The notes below the pieces were generated by a model. It searched no databases and was not told the origin of the DNA. It saw nothing but the letters and a program-made list of their open reading frames with translations. A DNA stretch of 64,000 nt, taken from the NCBI GenBank assembly GCA_004431415.1, contig QPMI01000284.1:1-64000 (forward strand). Reading direction: 5' to 3'. Position 1 is the stretch's first letter, and the number at the start of each line of letters is the position of its first letter. The translations under genes were made by a program, and so were the position numbers. The DNA comes from Cyanophora paradoxa CCMP329 (Eukaryota; Plantae; Glaucophyta). Of the stretch, positions 1 through 11,200 are shown in pieces.

Positions 1-3000
1 CTCTCCCTCATCCCGGACGCGTGGCTCAGCCACTGTTTAGCAGCTCATCAGCATCGGCCCGGCCGGCGCCACCGCGCGAGCGGATTGCGCCGGAGGGACT
101 AAGCGTGGAGCGATTATGTTGCTTTGGCTCATCACTGCGGCCGCCGGGAAGACGGGGTGCGGGGCGGGGCGGGGCGGGGCGGGGGCGGCGCACCGGCGGG
201 CATGCGCCAGAGGATGGAGGGGGCCATGGCGTGGCGCCTGCGCTCCTCCTCCTCGTGGCGCTGCTTCTCGAGGGCGAGGAGCTCGCGCTCGTGCTTCTTC
301 TCCTCCTTGAAGCCCGTCGCGAAGTTGGCGTGGTCGAAGCGCGGGGCGTCGCCCGCGGCCGCCGCCTCGGCCTCGGCCTCGGGCTCCTCGACGACGAAGA
401 TGTGCCGCCGCACCAGCTTCTCCTCCGGCGGCCACGAGACGCGCTTCTTCCCCGACGAGCCCGCCCCGGAGGGCCCCGCCCCCGCCCCCGCCGCCGGTGG
501 CCCCGAGTCGCCCAGGATGCGCTGCAGCTGCTTGGCCTTCTTGACGTCGTCCACGCTGGTCGGCTGCTGGCGGGCGAGGCGCGCGGCCGCGGCCTTGGCG
601 CGCGACTCCTCCAGCATCGGGTCCGCCTCCAGGCCCACGACCCCCGGCCGCACCCGCTTCTTTTCCTCCCGCATTCGCACGTAGTCCGGCTTCAGCGAGG
701 GGGGGCCGGCCTTGCGCGGGATGCGCGCCGGCAGCGCCGCCTGCTTGCCCCCGAAGATGTCCGCGTCCTCCAGGCTCGCCGCCGCCGCCGCCGGCGCCGG
801 CGCGGGCGCGGGGGCCGCCCGGGGCCCCGGCGGGGGCCGGTGCGGGCGGCTTGGCGGTGCCCTTGGGGAGGGGAGGGGCCTCGCAGGGGCCCCCGCCGGG
901 GACTCGTCGCCCTTGGGCGACGCCGCCTCGTCCGTCTTCACGCGCTTCGCCGCCGCCTCTGCGCCACCCTCAGGCGTGCGAGTGCAGGGCACGGGGGCGG
1001 CCGCCCCGGCGCACCTTCGGGCCCCGCGGGGTCGCCGGCAGCGGGAGCCGTGTCGATGGTGGGGCGCGGGCGCTTCTTGGGGTCGTCTTGGGAGGGGGCG
1101 GGCTTGGAGGCGGGGGTGGGGGAGGTCTTGGGGGCGGGCGGGGCGGGGGCCGGGGGCGGGGCGGCGGCCACCATCTTCTTCCAGCTCTCCACCAGCGCCG
1201 CCGCCCGCGCGCTCACGTCTGCCCCCGCCCCCTCGCCCGTCGGCCCTCGGCCTGCGGGGCGGGGCGGGGCGGGGCGGGGGGGACCGGCGTCGGGGTGGGT
1301 CTTGAGGCGGTTGACGGCCTTGCCGACGTCGGAGGCCTGGAGGGCCTGCACGTCCACGGGGAGGTGCTGCAGCACCTTCATGAACGTCCGCAGCGTCAGC
1401 GTCCTGTTCTGCTGCTTCACCACCTGCATCGCCCCGCTCACGCTCTTCAGGCCGCCCCGCCCCATGAAGCTGCCCCCGCCTCGTCAGCGGGCCAGGGCCG
1501 GGCGGGCGTGCGGGGGGCGGGCGGGGACGCACTGGCGGAGGAGGTGCGGGGCCTTGGTCTCGAGGAGGACCGTGGCGAGGAGCGAGAGGGTCTCCGACTT
1601 GACCCCGCTCGCCACCGCCCTCTCCAGCAGCGCCGCCAGCTGCTCCATCGACGCCACGCTCGCGATCCCGCCGCCCGGCGACAGGCCAAGCTTGGAGAGC
1701 CCCTCCTCTATCTCCTTCCCCTCCTTCGCGCCGGAGCCCGCGTCAGAGGCCGGCCCCGCGCCATCGCCCCCCGGCGCGCGCGTGCAGCTCCCGTTCGGAC
1801 TTCGAGAGGCGCCCCTTCGCCCGCTTCCATTTCTTTCCCCCGACGACATCTCCTGCCCTACCCGCGCGCAGTGCACCTTCGCAGCAACGGCTTCTGCGGC
1901 TTCTGCAGCGGGAGTGAGCCGTGGAAGGGCGCAGGTGCGGCGCAAACAGAGGCGGACCGGCGTTCTCCTTCTTTTTCTTCCGGAGGGTGTTGTAGAAGTT
2001 GACGACCTGGTCGGTCCATCAGTCCTGGAGAGAAATCGACGAGTCAGAAGAGCGCTCACTAGGCTCTCCTCGATTCCAAGAGTCGATACAATTTCCCTGA
2101 GCTCCGCGGGCGACGGATTTTCATTGAGTTGGAAGCTCTTCGTCAGCATTTCCTTTTGCTGGTTATTGAGCCGCGGCGTCGATTTGCGCGCTGCGCGAGG
2201 GCCTTTTGAGAGGACGGGCGGATCGGAGGCAGGCGCCACGAGCGCACGGGCGGGCGCTGGCGGTGCGGGGGCTTGAGCCGGTCGCATGGGCATGGATTGC
2301 AGCGGGACGAGAGTCTGAGGCCCCGCATACGGTACGGCGCCGACCATGGGGTGATAAGGAACAGCGCCGGGGGCGGGACGATAAGGAACTGCGCCGGGGA
2401 CGACGGGAACAGCCCCGGGAACAACCGGAACGGCTCCAGGCACGGGTCCCGGGGGCGCTACGATCTGCGCACGTATAAGCTAAGACAAAGCATGAAAGAA
2501 ACTAGCTGAAAGAAGGGCGCACAGTGACAGCGAGCGGGTCTTGTCCAGTCCGAAGTTTGTGCGTGTTGACGAGCTGGTGAAGCTCCTGGATTTGACCTTT
2601 GAAGATATCTTGCTGGCTCTCCATCACGCGGCCCAGCACGATCTCCGGGGACTCTTCCGCTGCGGGTGCTTCATCTGCACTTCGGTCGCCATCGCCACTG
2701 TCAAGGAGCGGAGCATCGTCCACCATCGGCACTGGATCGACGTCGTCTTCGCTTATACTGAACTCGCCCTCTGACTTCGGCGTCGTGCCCCCAGCCCCTA
2801 ACAATTCAATGGGGGACTCGGCAGCCATCGGGGCAATGTCCACACTGTCAATGCTGCTGCTCAGGGGCGGCGGTCCCGAGCTAGACGCTGCGAGGTGGTC
2901 GAGGAACAACTGCTGTGGATCGTGATCCAGTTCGGCCATCGGCCGGTCTTGAGAGTCGCCATCAAGGATCGCCTGGGCGAAAGCATCGCCCGATTCCTCC

Positions 3001-3002
3001 AT
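1..3002 (-). CDS. LD: LUMINIDEPENDENS / PNUTS (PPP1R10)-like PP1 regulator: homeodomain + TFIIS N-terminal domain + RVxF/W motif; multi-exon, 3' end runs off the window
   Basis: Exon peptides: ESQQDIFKGQIQELHQLVNTHKLRTGQDPL (like the plant LD N-terminus); homeodomain RLNNQQKEMLTKSFQLNENPSPAELREIVSTLGIEESL|VVNFYNTLRKKK; TFIIS-N LQHLPVDVQALQASDVGKAVNRLKTH..AAALVESWKK; PP1-docking KKRVSWPPEEKL. Confidence 0.8.
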
Positions 3003-3417
3003 CTCTACGACAAGAAGAAATCAGTTTCTCACGTTCATTCTCGCGCGGTCTAGTTCGCGCTGCTTCGGATGATTCATACCACTGGGCTTCCCTCGTCTTC
3101 GTTAAACGAGTTCGCGCATTCAAGCGCGTTTCGGTGAATCGCCCTGCCTCTCCCGCTTTACGCCAAACCGTGATAACCAGGTGGGGGAAGGACTCAGGCT
3201 GGGGTACAGCCACCACAAGGGTTCGAGTTGCGACTTGGCGTGTTGCGACTTGGCAATATGCAATATGCATGCCGCTGCGCCACGTGCAGCGCGCAGCTGT
3301 TCGTCTGGCCACTGGAGCTGGCTGCGCAAGGTTGAACCTGAGCGACCTGATAGACCCTACTCCTTGCAGAGCAGAGAGCGCACCTGAAGGCACCACCTCG
3401 CCTATCTTCGCCTCAGC

Positions 3418-4583
3418 ATGTCCGATGTCGGGAATTCGAAGAGCCTCGTCGTGGATCTAGACCAAGACCGCGCGACGCCAGAGAAGATACCGGTGCGAGT
3501 GGACGAGATTGAGAATCCGGACAGCGTCGTTGAAGTCGACCCTCGCGTGCGTCCGCGCTTGATGCCCTGCTCCCAAAGCCAAGCGCGCCTTCAGCGCATT
3601 CTGACAGAAGCACAGCTCTCGCCCAAATGGGAGCAGGCTATCGTGAAGCTTCGGTGGAGCTGCGCCCTTCTCTGGACATACGCAGTGTAAGTGCCGTTGC
3701 TGCGCTCAAGGCGGATCCTGCCTGATTAGAGTGGATGAAGGTTGAACTCGGCCCACGAAGAAGATTGGGCCTTGTACTTTATAATATTGGTGCCCCCTAT
3801 ACCTCTCCGCCGCCTCCGCTGCCGGGGTAGGCAGCTGACCATCACTCGGCGTCCGCCGGGGGCCGTGCAGCTGACGAACCTGAGCTGGATCTGGGTCTCC
3901 ATCTACTGGCTGACCAGCGCCGTGTGCCAGGACGTCGGGCCCTGCCGCGCCTTCGTCAGGCGGCACAGGTGGGCCCGCAGGCTCCTCAACATCGCCTTCC
4001 AGGCACGCCCAGACGGCCCAGCCGCGGGCTCTGCCTGGCCCGCCGTTCGCGTCGCCCGCAGCGCGCGCTGAGCCGAGCCGATAGGTCTCGTGCACGAACG
4101 CGATCGTGGTGGACGTCCTCTACTGGGCGCTTGTCTACAGGCCGGGCCAGCGCGTCAAGACCTTCACGATCATGGGGCACCTGCTGCAGCTCGTTCCCCT
4201 CGGGGTCGACTTCTGCACGACCTCCGCGCGCTACTCCTTCCTCGACGGCCTCCTCGTCGCTGCTCTGGACACCGGCTACCTGGGTCTCCTCCTCATCCAC
4301 TACCGCATCGAGGTGCCCGCACCCGAGCTCCTTGAGATCTAGATCTCCCCCGCGCGGCGCCACGCTCAGGCTCACGCGCACCGGCCGCCTGCAGAACTAC
4401 TGGGTGTACCCCTTCATGGCGAAGCTGACGGGGGCGAGGGTGCTGGTTTACGTCGCCATGATCGCCGGCGGCTACGGCGTCCACTGCATCCTCCTCCTCC
4501 TCCAGCGCCTCCTCGCCCGTCACCGCGCCCGCCGCGCCGTCGACTTCTCAGCCCGCCCCGCGGTCGCCTCTGCCAACGTCTGA
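3418..4583 (+). CDS. FAR-17a/AIG1/rolling-stone-like multi-pass membrane protein, paralog A (multi-exon)
   Basis: Spliced hydrophobic segments LTNLSWIWV, IVVDVLYWALVY, MGHLLQLVPLGVDF, YWVYPFM, with the family's LTN-Thr, His and YPF motifs. TGA at 4581-4583. Confidence 0.65.
3821..4106. repeat. 286-bp segment identical to 5668-5953 (direct repeat, offset 1847) between the two paralogs
   Basis: By-eye base comparison: identical from gccggggtaggcagc to gaacgcgatcg, including a whole intron; flanks diverge. Confidence 0.9.
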
Positions 4584-5176
4584 CTTGGTGAACCCGTCTG
4601 ACCGCGTGCACATGCATCGTCGCACCATGGCCATCCTGCGTGTCATGTGAACTTGTTTACGTATATACGCGCGTCTCAAGATCATGGTCAAGTTTGCCAG
4701 TACGAGTGGTAAATGTCGAGCACGCGAGATAAATTAAACGATTTCGAGTTCGAGCGTGCGCGCGTGACGTCGACGTCGACTGCGCCGGCGCCATGAAAGT
4801 TGCCATCACGATATCGATATAGCTAAATTACACGCCGTGCGGCCGCGGCCGTGTACGTGAATCAAATGCGCCGCGGCCGGGCGCCGCGCCGTGCACGTGA
4901 ATCGAATTCGAGGCCGTCGGCGCGGCGCGGGCGAACGCTCAGCGGCTTGCGAGTGCGGGTGCACGTGTACCCGGCCCTCTGACCGCCAACTCGCTCAATC
5001 CGATGATCGATCGGCTATATAGCTAAGGCTGCAGTCTGCATTTATCGCCTGCGCGGAGCTGCTGCACCCGGTGGTCCAGCTGCCCCCTGCAGCACGACAG
5101 CCGGCGCCATTGCCGAAGCACGACAGCCGGGCTAGTGCGGTGACCGCACTGCACCAGATCTAGAGTCTCTGAACAA

Positions 5177-6410
5177 ATGGCTGTGGCCTCTGATGTCGGA
5201 AAGAGCCTAGAGCTGCACGACCTCTCCAACCGTAACCGTGAGCGTGAGCCCGCGCGCGCTTGGCTTCTGCAGCTTACAGCCCAGCAGATCCGGAGAAAGG
5301 CGAACGCGGTATGGATCAAATGAGCCCTCCCGCCACGCCAGACAAGATATCGGCGCATGTGGACGAGGATTCGGACAGCGTCGTTGAGATCGACCCTCAC
5401 GTGCGTCCCCGTGTGAAAGCCAAGCGCGCCTTCAGCGCATTCTGACAGAATTAACCGCAGCTTTCGCCCGTCTGGGAGCAGGTCATTGTGAGGCTGCGAT
5501 GGAGCTGCTTTGTTCTCTTCACGTACGCGGTGTACGCGCTGCTGCTGCGCCCTCCCAGTCCCCTGGCGCCTAACGCATGCCGGCGCAGACTGACCTCTGC
5601 CCACGAAGAGGACTGGGATAGCTTTTTCCTGGCTTTCGTGCGCCCCACCGCTCCCCCGCCCCCCGCCGCCGGGGTAGGCAGCTGACCATCACTCGGCGTC
5701 CGCCGGGGGCCGTGCAGCTGACGAACCTGAGCTGGATCTGGGTCTCCATCTACTGGCTGACCAGCGCCGTGTGCCAGGACGTCGGGCCCTGCCGCGCCTT
5801 CGTCAGGCGGCACAGGTGGGCCCGCAGGCTCCTCAACATCGCCTTCCAGGCACGCCCAGACGGCCCAGCCGCGGGCTCTGCCTGGCCCGCCGTTCGCGTC
5901 GCCCGCAGCGCGCGCTGAGCCGAGCCGATAGGTCTCGTGCACGAACGCGATCGCCCTGGACATTCTGTACTGGGCGATGGTGTACACGCCGGGACAGTAC
6001 GTCAAGACCTTCACGATCATGGCGCACCTGCTGCAGGTGCTGCCCCTCGGGTTGGACTTCTGCACGACCTCCGCGCGCTACTCCTTCCTCGACGGCCTCC
6101 TCGTCATCATCCTCGACATCGGTTACCTCGGCAGCGCCGCACTCGTCCACGTGGTTCAGGTGCGCCGCCCGCTTGGAGGCCCGGGGAGGCGGCAGCGCCG
6201 TTGACAGGCGGCCCGGCCGGCGGGCAGGAGCGCTGGGTCTACTCGTTTATGGCGAAGCTGACGGGGGCCCGCGTTCTCGTGTACGCCGCCATCCTCGCCG
6301 GCGTCTACGCCATACACTGCCTCCTCCTCCTCCTCCAGCGCCTCCTCGCCCGCCGCCGCGCCCGCCGCCCCGTCTCCGCCCGCTCCGCCCCCGGCCCTCG
6401 CGGCGTCTGA
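5177..6410 (+). CDS. FAR-17a/AIG1/rolling-stone-like membrane protein, paralog B (tandem duplicate)
   Basis: Same exon layout as paralog A (DSVVEIDPH|LSPVWEQ, LTNLSWIWV, MAHLLQVLPLGLDF, WVYSFMAKLTGARV). TGA at 6408-6410. Confidence 0.65.
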
Positions 6411-6708
6411 CCCGGGTGCGGTGACCATCGGACCACGGCTTTTGCCTCTCATATTTTAGATCCATTTAATTTGAATTTCCCTTTTAGTGCCCTCCGCTGG
6501 GCTTGTACGCGTAGCGCTATTTGTATTTAAATGTAGAGTCCGCAGTTCTTTTGCGTTCATTTGATTTCTCTGATCTCTCTAGCTACATTCTTCACGTGTT
6601 TTGCTGCAATTGATATTTCAAGCGGCATGTATGCCTAGAATACACCCTTCAAGCTTCGAGCGTCCACTCACAGGAGCGGGTTGCAGTTGAGGGCGGCGGC
6701 GGGGCGGC

Positions 6709-8114
6709 TCAGCGGCTGCTGCCGTCCGAGGCGACGAGCCAGCGGCCCGGGACGAGGGGCAGGGCGTCGACGTGGTGGGCGCGCAGGGCCGCCCAGTGCC
6801 CGGGGCGGCGCGAGGGGCGGAGGGCGAAGGGCGGGCCGGGGGCCGGCCCCTCCTCGAAGTCGTCCGGTGTGAGGCGCGTCACCTCGAGCGCCCGCACGCC
6901 CCGCCCGTACCCGTCCCCGTCCTCCTGCACGAACCGCACCACCCGCTCCCGCCCCCCCTCGCTCCACGAGAGCACCCGCCCCGCCGGCCGCCCGATGTCT
7001 TCCCCCGCCCCGTCAATGTCGGCCGTGCGCAAAGCCGCCTGGTCGGCGCCGGGCGGGCGCACCGCTGCGGAGCTGGTAGATGGGGCTCAGGCGGTGGGGC
7101 AGCCAGGGCCCCTCCAGGCGCTCGGAGTGGTAGAGCAGCGTGTCGTAGACGTGGCGGTGGTACGCGTGCTTGGACTGCGCCGGCGCGACACGCGTCGGCG
7201 GACGGGAGAGTACGGTATGCGGTGGCTGTCACAGTGTGGGTTGCGAAGGTACCCGGACGGCGACGAACATGAACCAGCGGGCGCCGTGGCGGACGACGCT
7301 GGCGTCGACGAAGGCCTCGCCGCGGAGGAGCACGGCGGCGAGCTCCCAGCGCTCCGGGAAGGCGGCGGCCCGGTACAGCCGCACCTCCCCGCGCTCGTAC
7401 GTCTCCGGGATCATGTAGCGCGCCCCGTCCTCCCCCTCGAAGACGTACGGGTACGAGAGGTGGAAGGGCTCCCTGCACCGTCGTCAGGGCCGCCCGGTGG
7501 CGGGGGCGCGGGGGCTCGTGGGCACTGGAGAACGACGCGGAGGGGGCCCCAGGAGGTGCCCCAGTCGCTCGAGTTGGAGACGGCGATGGCGCCGCGGCGG
7601 CGGCGGCCGTCCAGCACCTCCACGAAGAGATGCAGCGCGCCCTCTGCGTCTGGCGAGGCCGCCAGGAACGGGTCTGCCACGAAGTGCGACGTGACCGCCC
7701 CGCCCTCCACCGGCGTCCGGCAGTCCAGCGTCTGCCGTCCAACTCAGTGACTTTCGTCCAAGCACTGGGTCGTACGCACGGGCTCAATCCAGTCAGGTGG
7801 CTGGCTCTGCGTTGGGTGCCCTGAGAAATAAACCGCCACCGCCCACGACTCCGCTCCCCCGCACTGTCGAGTGGGCAGGAGGAAGAGCGCGGCGAGGAGA
7901 AGCACGATCGCAGCGGTCGCGGCCGCGAGCTGACGCGCGATGAGCGGTCTTATAGATGGCCTGAAATGCCTAAAGCGCTTCTGCAGCCCCGTGTCCTTCC
8001 AGACGCGCCAGGCGGCGTCAAACCAACTGACGGAATATGGGTTTCAATTAACTGGGCGTGAGGGTCGGGGGTAACGGCTCGATTTGCGCACATGTCCACG
8101 TGCATCGCGCGCAT
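6709..8114 (-). CDS. Stand-alone GINT1 N-terminal-like (GH43-like five-bladed beta-propeller) protein with N-terminal signal/anchor; start codon uncertain (exons supported to about 7980)
   Basis: ESWAVAVYFSG, SHFVADPFL, LHLFVEV, GAIAVSNSSDWGTSW, EPFHLSYPYVFE, YMIPET..GEVRLYRAAAFPERWE, FVDAS, RFVQEDGDGYGRGVRA, HHVDA. No GT64 domain follows; stop at 6709. Confidence 0.7.
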
Positions 8115-8203
8115 CCTTAATATGCGCAACGGGAAGGCGTCGAAGGCCAGGCCCAGCCGCCCCGGGCCCAGGAAGCGAAGGGGGTAGGGCATTAGTCGAC
8201 GCC

Positions 8204-11200
8204 ATGGCGCTCTCCGCCCTTCAGGCGGCCCTGTTTCGCTTCTTTGCGAATTTGGACACCAGTCGACGCAAGCGGCACTCGAACTCGTCGTCCTCTTTCA
8301 AGACGATCGTTGAGCGCGTCTCGCTGCTATTGCTGGCGCTGTCGTACGGCGGTCTTTGCGCTTATCTGTGAGTACAGAGCGCTATTCTTCCAATTTTACG
8401 GCTCTGATGGATGCGCAGGCCCACCCTCAATGACCTAGGCGTCGACGCGCTCGGAGCGCAGGACCTCGTGCTGGGAACCCCGGCCTCCTCCACCGGCACC
8501 TGCGCATGGATATCGCTGTTTCTTGCCGGCCTCGCTGGCTTCTCCGTATCCTTTCGTACTGTGCGCGGGTTCCCGCAATCTCGCAGCCTGGAGCTGAGCG
8601 CGTGCGCTCCTGGCAGTCGGCGACCGCGCAGCTCGACGAATCTTGGAATTTTGGAGATCAGAACCTCGCGCGACTCCTGCGGCTGCTTCAATTTCTCTTC
8701 GTGCCCGTCTTCTCTCGCCTCCTCCGTGCGGCGGCCGCGCTCGCGGGCCCCCTGTCGAACGACGCCGCTGGTTCCGGATTCGTACTCGAGCTGCTGCTAT
8801 TCTTCGCTGCGTCCCTGCTGTTCCCCCTCGCCCGAATTGCCGCGGCCCTTTGCGTGTACGACTCCGATCCCCGTTCCCGCGCCTTCGATGCCGCGCCGTA
8901 TTGGACGGGATCCGTTCTGCGACCTGCATGGGAAACCGCCGTCGTCTGCATCGTCGTGCTCGCGCGGAGCGAGGGCGCCCGCCTCGCCCTCCTCGGCGCA
9001 GCGGGCTTCGCGGTCAGCGCCTTCACGATCGCAGAGCTCCCGCACACGTCCAAGGCGCGCTCTCTTCGTGTTGCATACCCCCACTCTTATTCCCCCGTAC
9101 AGGCCGCCAACGAATCGACAGCCGCGGCGGGGGCTCTCGCGGCCGCCTCGGCGGCGCACGCGCTGGCGGCGGCGGGGAGCGCGGAGCTCCGTGCCGACCC
9201 GCGCTTCTCCCTCGGCTTCCTCGCGCTTGCCTCCGGGCTCTGCGGCGTGGCGGCTGGCCTCGTGGCCTTGCGCTGGCGCGGGCCGTGGCGCTGGAGGGGG
9301 GCGGAGGCCGACCCGCGCTCGGCGTGGGCCGTGGGGCTGCGGGCGCGGGCGCTGTTGGGCCCGTCGCCCACGCCGCAGGCGGTCGACAGGGCGGAGGCCA
9401 TCTACAAGCTCGGCGTCTCCCGCTTCCCCCGCTCCTTCCCGCTGCGTATCGCCTACGCCGATTTCCTGCTCGGTGCAGCCCTCTTCACACGCGTTCCGCA
9501 CCCGCCCCGCCCCGCACGCGTCTGCCTCACCCCCGCCAGCCTTTCGCGACCCGAGCCACATGATGATCCGTGAGCGCCGCGGCCCGCGCCGGCCGGCGCC
9601 GCTCTGCCGCGGCTGATCACGACGGGGCGTAGAGCTGCGGAAGGCGGCCAAGCGGGTCTCGTTCTTCGGGGAGGGGTACCGCGTGTACGCGCTGAACAAG
9701 CAGCGGATCGCGCGCATCGAGGCGGCCCTCGGCGAGTCGTCCCTCTCGTTCCAGCAGGAGCTCCGCCTCGCCCAGGCGCCCCCTTCCCCTGAGCCCCCCG
9801 CCCCGCCCACCCGCCCCGCGCGAGGGCGGCGCGCAGGGGTACCACCGGGATGCGCTGGCGCGGCTGGTGACGTTCTGGAAGGCGTGCATGCGGCACGACC
9901 TCTCTACGGCGCTGCTCCTCCGCCTCTCTGCCGCGGTCGGCACCGCTCGTCAGCGCGCCGCCCTCGTCTACCGCCGCCTCCTCGTCCGCCCCACCCTGCC
10001 CGCCCCGCCCCGCCCCGCGCCCCAAGCCCGCCCGCCCGGTGCGATCGCACACTGGCGCAGGGCCGCTTCCCGGCGTCGCGGCGGCTGCTGCAGGCCTACT
10101 CGCAGTTCCTTCTCCACGTGCACGTGAGCTTGTCGCGCCGCTCCACGCATCTGGAGTTCTCGCCTGATCTCGGATCGGAGCAGGTCGACATCGAGAAGGC
10201 TGAGCGCGTTGCCTTCGAGGCTCGCCTGCCCCCCGCGGCCCTTCGCGGCCTCCCCTCACGATCCCCACGTTCCCCGCAGGCGGAGCAGCTGGACGACAGC
10301 TGCTACGCCGCCCCCGCCGCCGGCCACGGCGCGCCCTACTCCGTCCCCGCCCAGAACGCCGCCGGCGCCCCCGCGGCGTCCGGAGCCCGCGGCTCTCGGC
10401 GGTCGGCCTCGCTGCCGCCGACCGAGGAGGCCGGCCCGCCAGCAACTGCAGCGAGTGCAGCCGGGCCGCGGCCAGCGGCGGCCTTCGCCGTGCCTCGACC
10501 GTGCCCGTCGGCCCCGGGGCCGGTGTGGGCGGGCGGGGCCGGCCGCCGGGGGCCGGCCAGGGCCCACGGCATCGGGCGCTCGACGCGCAGGCGTCATACA
10601 CCACGGACTCGAACGACGGCCGCAGCGTGCAGCACCCCTCTTCCCTGTGCGTTCCACCATCCGCCCGCGCCGGCGCGGGCGGCCGGGCGGGCGAGCGGGG
10701 GCGGGCGCGGGGGCAGGTTCTCCGGGGAGCGGGCGGCGGGGGTGCCGGGGAGCGAGAGCTTCAACGCGCTGCTCAAGGAGGAGTCGGGCAAGGGCCGCGC
10801 CCGCCGCCTCATGCGCGACTTCCGCGACTCCCTCGCCGAGGCCTCCCGCAGGCCCGCCCCCCCGCCCCCGCCCGCCTCGCCCCGCCACATCCCCGCCCCG
10901 ACGCCTCTCGCCCAGCGTCGCCGTCTTCCGGCTGATGCGGCGCGTCGTGCTGCTCCTCATCGCCGCCGCCGTCCTCGTCTGGGGCTACCGCTGCGCCGTC
11001 GCGGCGGCGGCCGACCTCTGCGCGAGCGACCTGCGCCTCGCCGCCGCCGCCTCGCGCCGGGGCCGCCTCGCGCAGGAGGCGACCCTCCGCGCGCGCGCCC
11101 TCCACGCAGCCGCCGCCCTCCCCGCCGCCCCCTTCGACCTCAACGCGACCCGCGCCGGCCTCTGGGCCGCCGCGCGCGAGCTGGCCGCCCTCCACGCCTC

